The notes under the pieces: generated by a model
What the model saw: the letters and a program-made list of their open reading frames with translations, nothing else
What the model was told of the DNA's origin: nothing
Databases searched by the model: none
Translations under genes and position numbers: made by a program
In this document: positions 1 through 7,775 of the stretch, piece after piece
Numbering within the stretch: position 1 is the stretch's first letter
How the letters are laid out: every line of letters starts with the position of its first letter
DNA from: an uncultured Pseudomonadales bacterium
Lineage (GTDB): Bacteria > Patescibacteriota > Microgenomatia > UBA1400 > PJMF01
DNA length: 64,000 bases
Assembly (NCBI GenBank): GCA_964447075.1
Contig: CAYUQY010000002.1
Span: 11,317 to 75,316 of the forward strand
Reading direction: 5' to 3'

Positions 1-1947
1 TTGTCGACAGATAAAGAAAACGATGCGGACATGATTGGCCTGATCGCTGCCTCAGCAGGTCTAGCAATCTCTGAAATTCCCTTCGATGGACCGATAGCAG
101 GACTACGCGTGGGTTACAGCAAATCCTCATCTGAGTACATCATCAACCCTACCAACACTCAGCGCGCCAAGCTTGATATGGATCTAATAGTCTCTGGTAC
201 AGGTGAGGCCATCGTGATGGTTGAGTCAGGCGCCAACGAAATTCCAGAAGAAGTCGTTTTAACAGCATTTGAGATGGCTCAGAAAGAGTTTGCTCGTATC
301 TGTGCCGATATAGTGTCAATCGCCAAAGAAATAGGTAAGCCAAAGGCAGATATTCTGCCCAAGGTTGTACTCAATCCTGAGCTTGATCAACTACATGAAT
401 CCCTCTCCAAAAAATATAAAAAAGAAATTGTAGAGATGGTGAACAAAGAAGGAAGACTTGAAAAAACTGGATTAGATACTCTAGTAGAAAAAATTCAAAC
501 CGAAGCCATGGAAGCAGAGAAAGATCTAGAGACCAAATCTCTGATGTGTGATGCAAGCAAAGTTTCTCAGGTCTTTCACGAGCTAATGAAGCTCGAAACT
601 CGTCGCATGATCATCCAAGATTCTCTACGTCCAGACGGTCGCAAGCTTGAGGAAATTAGACCAATCTGGTGTGAAATAGATCTTTTACCACGCACTCATG
701 GCTCTGCCATGTTTAAACGTGGTGCCACTCAAGTTATCTCTGTCACCACTCTTGGCTCACCTTCTCTTGGACAGATGATTGAAGACATGACCGGTGAAGA
801 AGTTCGCCACTACATTCACCACTACAACATGCCCCCTTATGCCTCAGGTGAAGCAGGTCGTATCGGCTACCCAAAAAGACGTGAGATAGGTCATGGTGCG
901 CTCGCTTCGCGAGCGCTTCTCCCAATGCTCCCAGCGCAGGATGACTTTCCATACACCATTCATGTCGTCTCTGAAGTTGTTAGCTCCAATGGCTCCACCT
1001 CACAAGCCTCAGTCTGTGGCTCCACTATGTCTCTCATGGCAGCCGGAGTCCCACTCAAGGCTCCAGTAGCTGGAATCGCCATGGGCTTGATCACAGATGG
1101 AAAAGGCAAGTACGCAATTCTCTCGGACATTCAAGGACTTGAAGACCACATCGGTGACATGGACTTCAAAGTAGCCGGAACCAAGAATGGCATTACAGCT
1201 CTTCAGATGGACATCAAAATCAAAGGAATCCCAAATGACGTGATGGCTAAGGCTCTCACTCACGCCCTGACCGGCAGACTTCATATTTTGGGCGAGATGC
1301 TCAAGTGTATCTCAGAACCAAAAGCTGAGTTATCACAGTATGCTCCTAAGATAAAGCAAATAGTCATCCCTGCCAGCAAAATAGGTGAGCTAATAGGTCC
1401 AGGAGGCAAAATGATCAGAAGCATCATTGAAGACTCTGGTGCTCAGATTGATGTGGAAGAAGATGAAGCTACCGATACCGGTAGAGTCAACATCTCTTCC
1501 CCTGACCAAGCAGCTATAGACAAAGCTTTCGCAATAATTTCAGACATGATGAGAGAAATAAAAGTTGGCGATGAGTTTGATGGAAAAGTTGTCCGAATAG
1601 AAAGTTATGGTGCCTTCGTCAACATCGTACCTAACAAGGATGGCCTAGTGCATGTTTCAGCCATGTCAACTGAGTACGTCAACGATGCCAGTGAGATCGT
1701 CAAGATGGGAGAAGTAGTCCACGTCAGAGTTAGCGATTTCCAAGATGACGGTAAGATCAAGCTAACCATGCTAACTCCTGAGCAAGAAGTCGAAGCAGCA
1801 GCCAAGAGAGGTTCTAGTTCTGGCGGTAGAGGAGGCGGAGGTTTTGGAGGAGGCTCAAGAGGTGGCTTTAGCGGAGGGAGAAGAGATGATGGAGGAAGCC
1901 GAGATGGCGGAGGAAGAGCTCCTTTCCGACCAGGTGGACGAAGATAA
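1..1947 (+). CDS. pnp: Polynucleotide phosphorylase (PNPase), 5'-partial, with Gly/Arg-rich C-terminal tail
   Basis: The frame is open from position 1. The translation shows the second RNase PH domain, a KH domain (GPGGKMIRSIIEDSGAQIDVE) and an S1 domain (GDEFDGKVVRIESYGAFVNI...GLVHVS). The last ~45 residues are GGRGGGGFGGGSRGGFSGGRRDDGG... Confidence 0.9.
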   Translation: MSTDKENDADMIGLIAASAGLAISEIPFDGPIAGLRVGYSKSSSEYIINPTNTQRAKLDMDLIVSGTGEAIVMVESGANEIPEEVVLTAFEMAQKEFARICADIVSIAKEIGKPKADILPKVVLNPELDQLHESLSKKYKKEIVEMVNKEGRLEKTGLDTLVEKIQTEAMEAEKDLETKSLMCDASKVSQVFHELMKLETRRMIIQDSLRPDGRKLEEIRPIWCEIDLLPRTHGSAMFKRGATQVISVTTLGSPSLGQMIEDMTGEEVRHYIHHYNMPPYASGEAGRIGYPKRREIGHGALASRALLPMLPAQDDFPYTIHVVSEVVSSNGSTSQASVCGSTMSLMAAGVPLKAPVAGIAMGLITDGKGKYAILSDIQGLEDHIGDMDFKVAGTKNGITALQMDIKIKGIPNDVMAKALTHALTGRLHILGEMLKCISEPKAELSQYAPKIKQIVIPASKIGELIGPGGKMIRSIIEDSGAQIDVEEDEATDTGRVNISSPDQAAIDKAFAIISDMMREIKVGDEFDGKVVRIESYGAFVNIVPNKDGLVHVSAMSTEYVNDASEIVKMGEVVHVRVSDFQDDGKIKLTMLTPEQEVEAAAKRGSSSGGRGGGGFGGGSRGGFSGGRRDDGGSRDGGGRAPFRPGGRR

Positions 1948-2025
1948 ATGCCAGGGCAAAAAAATACCCACTGAGCTTGAGATTCTAGATTGATAAGGTC
2001 AGGCAATTTTTCACCATTGCCGTAA

Positions 2026-2901
2026 GTGCCTCTTATCACTCACAATGAGTGTATGACTCTGTCATCTATCCAAACTCAATCTGGTCGCTACTGCATTGCT
2101 CCATTTGATCATAGGGCATCCCTAGCCAAGCTCTTGCAGATTGATGAGAAAAAGCCTGAAAGTAAGCAACTACTGTCGCAGGTCAAGTCTCTTTTCATGC
2201 AAGCTTTCTCACCCCTTTGTTCTGGGGTTCTGGTAGATCCAGTCTATGGTTTTGAGAGCATTGACTACAAAGCTCAAAGCTGTGGCCTAATCCTGACACT
2301 TGAAGACTCAGGCTACTCCGGAAGTGAGTCTGCTGTTCCCAATATTATTCCTAACTGGAGTGTCCACAGTGTCAAAGAAAACTATGCTGTCGCCAAACTC
2401 TTGATATTCTTTCATCCTGATGAGCCTAACGCTGTCCAGAAGAAAAAAATGGTGATGGAGCTCCACTCATCCTGCCAATATGAAGGTATCTCCTTCATGC
2501 TTGAGCCAATTGTTTACAATCCTTTCTCAAAAGATGAGCTTCAGTTGCCTGATTTTCAAGAAATTCAGATCCAAACTATTCGAGAGTTTCGTAGTAGTTG
2601 CGACATCATCAAAATTCAGTATCCTGGAGATTCTCTGGCTTGTGCCACAGTTACCTCTGAGCTTGATATTCCATGGATTTTATTATCCAGAGGTACGCAG
2701 TATGAGCAGTTTCGAGATGCGCTTAAAGATAGCATGGACAACGGTTGCTCTGGTTTCGCCGCTGGAAGAACTATTTGGCAAGAGATTGGTCAGTTCCAGC
2801 TAAGTCAAGGCGGACCAAACATAGCAGCCATTCAGCAGTTCTTGATGACGACCGGAGTAGAGAGATTGAAGGAAATAATTGAAATCATTGACTCTACCTG
2901 A
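2026..2901 (+). CDS. Class I aldolase-like TIM-barrel protein (LacD/DeoC-like family), tentative
   Basis: The N-terminal IAPFDHRASLAKLL resembles the ALDQRGAL-type motif of the tagatose-bisphosphate/DhnA-type aldolase family. The ORF track uses a GTG start at 2026; the first ATG is at 2053. Confidence 0.3.
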   Translation: MPLITHNECMTLSSIQTQSGRYCIAPFDHRASLAKLLQIDEKKPESKQLLSQVKSLFMQAFSPLCSGVLVDPVYGFESIDYKAQSCGLILTLEDSGYSGSESAVPNIIPNWSVHSVKENYAVAKLLIFFHPDEPNAVQKKKMVMELHSSCQYEGISFMLEPIVYNPFSKDELQLPDFQEIQIQTIREFRSSCDIIKIQYPGDSLACATVTSELDIPWILLSRGTQYEQFRDALKDSMDNGCSGFAAGRTIWQEIGQFQLSQGGPNIAAIQQFLMTTGVERLKEIIEIIDST

Positions 2902-2931
2902 TAGAGTGACAGTAACTCCACAAAGGCAACT

Positions 2932-3534
2932 ATGCACACACTCCCCAATCTTTCTTACTCACTCGATGCTCTTGAGCCATACATCGATGAAGCTACCATG
3001 CAGCTCCACTACTCCAAACATCACCAAACATACGTGGATAAATTAAATGCTGCTTTAGCCAGCCACCCAGAGCTGCAGTCCAAAACTGCAGAAGAACTTC
3101 TTGCTCAAATAGGTTCTCTGCCATCAGAGCTTAAAACAGCGGTCACCAACCACGCAGGAGGTCACGCCAATCACACTCTTTTTTGGAGCACCCTCTCACC
3201 ACAAAAGTCCTCACCTTCGGCGAACTTTAACTCTCAACTCACTTCTACATTTGGCTCGTTTGAAAAATTTCAAGAACTTCTCACCAACACGGCCCTCAAT
3301 CACTTCGGATCAGGCTGGGCCTGGCTAGTGTATACGCCAAACAAAAAACTAGAACTATGCTCCACACCAAATCAAAACTCCCCCCTCATGGATGGCAAGA
3401 CGCCTCTCATGGGAATAGATGTCTGGGAACATGCTTACTATCTAAAGTATCAAAACAAAAGACCTGATTATGTCAAGGCACTCTGGTCTATTTTTGACTG
3501 GCCAAGCATCGAAGAGAGGCTCGGGAAGCTCTAA
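2932..3534 (+). CDS. Fe/Mn superoxide dismutase
   Basis: YSKHHQTYV, the metal-ligand His residues and DVWEHAYYLKYQNKRPDY are hallmark Fe/Mn-SOD motifs. Fe versus Mn specificity is not resolvable from sequence here. Confidence 0.9.
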   Translation: MHTLPNLSYSLDALEPYIDEATMQLHYSKHHQTYVDKLNAALASHPELQSKTAEELLAQIGSLPSELKTAVTNHAGGHANHTLFWSTLSPQKSSPSANFNSQLTSTFGSFEKFQELLTNTALNHFGSGWAWLVYTPNKKLELCSTPNQNSPLMDGKTPLMGIDVWEHAYYLKYQNKRPDYVKALWSIFDWPSIEERLGKL

Positions 3535-4118
3535 TGTTGCAAGTTTTTTTTGATATCGAGACCAAACAAATTTTTGAGGAGGTTGGAGGTTACTTTCCAG
3601 ATAAATTGGGTATTTCTTATGTGGGCGTTTGCGTTAGAGACGGGAGTGCTGGAGCAGGGGACATGACTGGTTTTTTTGAGCATCAGTTGGATGCTCTGTT
3701 TGAGCTTCTAGAGCAAGCCGATGTCATTATCGGCTTCAATAGTGACAACTTTGACTTACCTGCTCTCGCACCTCACTATCGAGGTAAAATTGACAAGCTT
3801 CCATCCCTAGATCTTATGGCGCGGATCAAAAAGAGCTGCGGTCATCGCATCGGACTAGATGCTGTTGCAAAAGATACTCTAGGAACTAGTAAAAATGGAT
3901 CTGGATTGGACGCCGTAAAGTACTACAAATCAGGCCAACTTGATCTACTCGCCAAGTACTGTCAACAAGATGTAAAAGTCACGCGCGATCTCTATGATTT
4001 TGGTTTAAAAAATGGCAAAGTACGTTTCAAGAATAAATGGCAGCGTGTAGTTGAGTGTCAAGTAGACTTCAGCTTTAACTCTAAAAAATCTTCTGGCATT
4101 CAGATGAGCTTGTTGTAA
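3534..4118 (+). CDS. DEDDy-type 3'-5' exonuclease (RNase H-like fold), putative
   Basis: Three exo-like motifs are present: FFDIET (Exo I), IIGFNSDNFD (Exo II) and YCQQDVKVTRDLYD (Exo III, Y-x3-D). The start overlaps the SOD stop by 1 nt. Confidence 0.45.
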   Translation: MLQVFFDIETKQIFEEVGGYFPDKLGISYVGVCVRDGSAGAGDMTGFFEHQLDALFELLEQADVIIGFNSDNFDLPALAPHYRGKIDKLPSLDLMARIKKSCGHRIGLDAVAKDTLGTSKNGSGLDAVKYYKSGQLDLLAKYCQQDVKVTRDLYDFGLKNGKVRFKNKWQRVVECQVDFSFNSKKSSGIQMSLL

Positions 4119-4147
4119 ACACCCTTTCTTCATTGTAAAGTAGCCCC

Positions 4148-5791
4148 ATGAAAGTCTCAGATCTCTTCGTTAGGTGTCTTGAAAATGAGGGAGTTGAAGT
4201 TATCTTTGGGCTGGGTGGCGAGGAAAATTTAGATCTTCTCGACTCAATTAGAGCTTCAAAAATAAAATACATCCCGGTGCGCCATGAACAAGCTGCTGGT
4301 TTCATGGCCGCAACTCAAGGAAGGTTGACTGGAAAAGTCGGCGTCTGTCTCTCTACACTTGGTCCTGGAGCTACCAACTTTCTGACCGCAGCGGCCTACG
4401 CCAAGTTGGGCGGCATGCCCATGCTTATGATTACTGGCCAAAAACCCATTAGAAATAGAGTTCAAGGCAACTTTCAAGTCTTAGATATGGTTGGAACACT
4501 TGATAAAGTCACCAAGTTTACCACCCAAATATCTCACCCTGAGTTGGTTGCCTCCACCATCCGCCAAGCCTTCCGTATCGCCACAAGTGAGCGACCTGGC
4601 CCAGTTCATCTAGAGCTACCTAAGGATGTAGCCACTGAGTTGGTAGATGACGAGCCTTATCAAGTCACCTACTCACGCCGTCCCGTAGCTGAGTCGAAGG
4701 GCGTACAGAGGGCTGTAGAGCTGATTTCAAAAGCCAAGCACCCTCTGCTTCTGATTGGGGCAGGTGCCAATCGCAAGCTGACTTCCAACACTCTCACCAA
4801 GCTCATCAAAAAATTCCACTTACCATTCTTTGAGACGCAGATGGGCAAGGGCGTACTTGACGAAAGACTACCTGAGCATCTTGGAACAGCTGCGCTACTT
4901 CAGAATGACTTTATTCACTGTGCCGTAGAGTACTCAGATCTTATTGTGAACATTGGTCATGACCACGATGAGAAACCTCCCTTCATCATGAAGCGCAATC
5001 AAAAAGTAATTCATATAAATTTTAGCGCCACTGACATCAGCTCAGTTTACTGTCCCACAGTAGAAGTAGTTGGCGATATAGCCAATACTATTTGGCAAAT
5101 AGATCAACTTTTAACTCCACAAGACACTTGGGACTTTAATTACTTCTACAAGGTAAAGAATGCTCTTGATGTTCATCTTAAAGTTAATGCCAATGCCAGT
5201 ACTTTTCCTCCCAAGCCTCAAAGAATTGTCTCCGATGTGCGCCAGTGCATGCCTGAAAATGGCATTGTCTGTCTAGACAACGGTATGTTCAAGCTCTGGT
5301 TCGCCCGTTACTATCCTACCTACTCACCCAATACTTTACTCCTTGATAATGCTTTAGCCACTATGGGTGCTGGCTTACCCTCAGCAATTGCAGCCAAGCT
5401 CTTGTACCCTGATCTTCCAGTTATAGCAGTCACAGGAGATGGCGGCTTCATGATGAACTCTCAGGAGCTAGAAACTGCTGTTAGACTCAAGCTTAACCTA
5501 GTAGTTATAATTATTAACGATGAAGGTTTGGGCATGATACGTTGGGAACAGGCAGAAAAAGAGTTTGTTCCCTTTGGTTTGGAGCATAACAACCCTGATT
5601 TTGTGAAGTATGCTCAAAGTTACTCAGCCCATGGCCACCGCGTAGGCGCAACTGACGAGTTGCTCCCTTTACTCAACAAAACTCTGAGAACACCAGGTGT
5701 TCACGTCATTGATTTACCCGTAGACTACAGTGAAAATCTCAAAGTTTTTTCAAAAAAAGGCTATGCAGATAGTTGTCCAGCACCTAGATGA
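4148..5791 (+). CDS. Thiamine-pyrophosphate enzyme, acetolactate-synthase-large-subunit-like (2-keto-acid decarboxylase or ALS family)
   Basis: The N-terminal TPP-pyrimidine-binding domain (VIFGLGGEENL...HEQAAGFMA...GPGATN) and the C-terminal TPP-binding motif GDGGFMMNSQELETA...N are both present. Length is 547 aa. Confidence 0.8.
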   Translation: MKVSDLFVRCLENEGVEVIFGLGGEENLDLLDSIRASKIKYIPVRHEQAAGFMAATQGRLTGKVGVCLSTLGPGATNFLTAAAYAKLGGMPMLMITGQKPIRNRVQGNFQVLDMVGTLDKVTKFTTQISHPELVASTIRQAFRIATSERPGPVHLELPKDVATELVDDEPYQVTYSRRPVAESKGVQRAVELISKAKHPLLLIGAGANRKLTSNTLTKLIKKFHLPFFETQMGKGVLDERLPEHLGTAALLQNDFIHCAVEYSDLIVNIGHDHDEKPPFIMKRNQKVIHINFSATDISSVYCPTVEVVGDIANTIWQIDQLLTPQDTWDFNYFYKVKNALDVHLKVNANASTFPPKPQRIVSDVRQCMPENGIVCLDNGMFKLWFARYYPTYSPNTLLLDNALATMGAGLPSAIAAKLLYPDLPVIAVTGDGGFMMNSQELETAVRLKLNLVVIIINDEGLGMIRWEQAEKEFVPFGLEHNNPDFVKYAQSYSAHGHRVGATDELLPLLNKTLRTPGVHVIDLPVDYSENLKVFSKKGYADSCPAPR

Positions 5792-5804
5792 GTAGTTTTA
5801 GATT

Positions 5805-7178
5805 ATGAACTTCACTTCTCACAACCCTACTTTGGATCAGGACATCGCCACCTACGTCACAGTAACTCCTGCTCAGATCGCAGAAAAAATTAAGTTGGCT
5901 TCTTCAGCCTTTGAAAAATGGTCACAATCTCCACTTTCACAACGAAGTCAGTACTTACTAATGATTGCTGCAGCTCTTCGTCTCGAAAGAGTAAAGCTTG
6001 CAACCACTGCCGCTCAAGAAATGGGCAAGACTTTGAGTAGCAACCTAGCTGAAGTTGAGAAGTGCGCCTTGGTGTGTGAGTACTATGCCCAACATGGTGA
6101 ACAACTCCTCAAGACTCAATCGATTGAAACTGAAGCTAGCGAATCATTCGTCGAGTTTCAACCACTTGGTGTTATCTTTGCTATCATGCCCTGGAACTTT
6201 CCCTTCTGGCAAGTATTTAGAGCTGCGGCACCAGCAGTTATTTCTGGCAACACGTTGATTCTAAAACACTCATCACTTGTCCCTGCCTGCGCTCTTGCCA
6301 TCGAAAAAATATTTACTTCTTCACTTCTCCCTGATATGCCAAAAGAAGTTTTTCAAAGTATCTTTATCTCTTCGCGAGATAGTGAGCTACTCATCTCTCA
6401 CCCTGCAGTAACTGCCGTCACTTTGACAGGTAGTGAACAAGCAGGAAGTAGCGTTGCTTCCCTAGCAGGTAAACATCTCAAAAAATGCGTCCTTGAGCTT
6501 GGTGGCAGTGATCCATTTATAGTTCTGGATGATGCAGATCTAGAAAAAGCCTCAACTGCAGCTGTCGAGTCACGACTTATTGCCAATGGTCAATCTTGCA
6601 TTGCAGCCAAGCGATTCATTGTCGATCAGAAAATAGCCGCTCAATTTTGTGAACTTTTTAAAGCTAAGCTTGAAAAGATCAGAGTAGGGGATCCTCTCGA
6701 AACAAATACACAGCTAGGACCACTTGCCAGTCAACAAATTTTAGAAACACTTGAAGCGCAAGTTGCTCACTCGCTGACTGCAGGAGCAGTAGTAGTTACC
6801 GGTGGAGCTAGACTTGATCGCAGGGGGTTCTACTTTGCTCCAACTCTAATAAGAGGCGTCAAGCCTGGTATGGCTATCTATGAAGAGGAAACTTTTGGCC
6901 CAGTGGCAGCAGTTATAGAGGTTACCAACGATCAAGAAGCTCTTAAAGTAGCCAATGATACAAAGTATGGCTTGGGGGCTTCTATCTGGACAACCGACAG
7001 TAGTCGTACCAAGATTTTCATCAAGAAGCTGCAGTCAGGTTGTGTCTTTATCAACTCAATGGTCAAGTCTGACCCTAGGATGCCATTTGGAGGAGTCAAG
7101 TTATCAGGTTTTGGTCGAGAGTTATCAGAGTGGGGAGTAAAAGAGTTTGTGAATGTAAAATCAGTTTGGAGTTCCTGA
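5805..7178 (+). CDS. NAD(P)+-dependent aldehyde dehydrogenase (succinate-semialdehyde-DH-like)
   Basis: The ALDH glutamate motif LELGGSDP, the catalytic-Cys motif [11 protein letters not shown] and EETFGPV are present, over 457 aa. The gene sits 14 nt downstream of the TPP enzyme, so they are probably co-transcribed. Confidence 0.85.
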   Translation: MNFTSHNPTLDQDIATYVTVTPAQIAEKIKLASSAFEKWSQSPLSQRSQYLLMIAAALRLERVKLATTAAQEMGKTLSSNLAEVEKCALVCEYYAQHGEQLLKTQSIETEASESFVEFQPLGVIFAIMPWNFPFWQVFRAAAPAVISGNTLILKHSSLVPACALAIEKIFTSSLLPDMPKEVFQSIFISSRDSELLISHPAVTAVTLTGSEQAGSSVASLAGKHLKKCVLELGGSDPFIVLDDADLEKASTAAVESRLIANGQSCIAAKRFIVDQKIAAQFCELFKAKLEKIRVGDPLETNTQLGPLASQQILETLEAQVAHSLTAGAVVVTGGARLDRRGFYFAPTLIRGVKPGMAIYEEETFGPVAAVIEVTNDQEALKVANDTKYGLGASIWTTDSSRTKIFIKKLQSGCVFINSMVKSDPRMPFGGVKLSGFGRELSEWGVKEFVNVKSVWSS

Positions 7179-7188
7179 GAATCACAAC

Positions 7189-7527
7189 TTAATCCTGAAT
7201 CTCTTCAATTTCGTCTTCTTTTTTTTGCAGGTACTTGAACCACTTATCGTTCAGCTGCTTTTCCATGTCTATGCCATTATTTCTGGCTAGGAGCAAAACA
7301 TGACAAAAAACATCAGTACACTCTTGCTCAAACTCCTCCTTAATTTCGGCCAAAGACTTGCCTTTTTGACGACCTCTACCTGTCAGCATAAGGTATGCCT
7401 GAGTTAACTCTCCAAGCTCCTCTTGGAGTTTTAACATGTACCAGTCATGATCGCGCTTGATCTTAAACTTTTTAGCGTAGTGAGAAGAAACTTGAGCAAC
7501 TTGATCAGAAATACTATTTAAATTCAT
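7189..7527 (-). CDS. MazG-like nucleotide pyrophosphohydrolase (small all-alpha NTP-PPase), putative
   Basis: The 112-aa product carries the EELGEL...E...D pattern typical of the short MazG/NTP-PPase family. Confidence 0.45.
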   Translation of the reverse strand: MNLNSISDQVAQVSSHYAKKFKIKRDHDWYMLKLQEELGELTQAYLMLTGRGRQKGKSLAEIKEEFEQECTDVFCHVLLLARNNGIDMEKQLNDKWFKYLQKKEDEIEEIQD

Positions 7528-7617
7528 GAATTTTTCTATCTTTAAATAAAATATACCTTCTATTTTTAATCAGTTCTTCAAAAGATAAAAAGTACTATCT
7601 TGTTGCTGAGTGTAGGG

Positions 7618-7691
7618 TGGGCGTTTATGGAGTCGAACCATAGACCTCTGTCTTATCAGGACAGCGCTCTAACCATCTGAGCTAAACGCCC
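7618..7691 (-). tRNA. tRNA-Ile (anticodon GAT)
   Basis: The reverse complement reads GGGCGTTTAGCTCAGATGGTTAGAGCGCTGTCCTGATAAGACAGAGGTCTATGGTTCGACTCCATAAACGCCCA. It folds as a cloverleaf with a 7-bp acceptor stem, a GCTC/GAGC D-stem, a CTGTC/GACAG anticodon stem with loop CTGATAA (anticodon GAT) and a GGTTCGA T-loop. Confidence 0.85.
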
Positions 7692-7738
7692 TCACTTTGG
7701 CTTTTGAACAACTGATATTTTAGCACATATAAAGGGTG

Positions 7739-7767
7739 TTGCATTTTAGCAGCCTTGCACCTACAAT
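7739..7767 (+). promoter_or_regulatory. Sigma-70-like promoter candidate upstream of lon (TTGCAT-N17-TACAAT)
   Basis: TTGCAT at 7739-7744, a 17-nt spacer, then TACAAT at 7762-7767. The annotated lon ATG at 7776 would be almost leaderless, so either this promoter call or that start codon is probably wrong. Confidence 0.3.
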
Positions 7768-7775
7768 GCTAAGTT

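Noticed and set aside
1605-2039. 144-aa P/S/L-rich ORF on the minus strand
   Set aside because: It is antisense to the PNPase S1 domain and GGR tail. Its proline-rich translation is the mirror of GGN/CCN repeats, which is typical of shadow ORFs.
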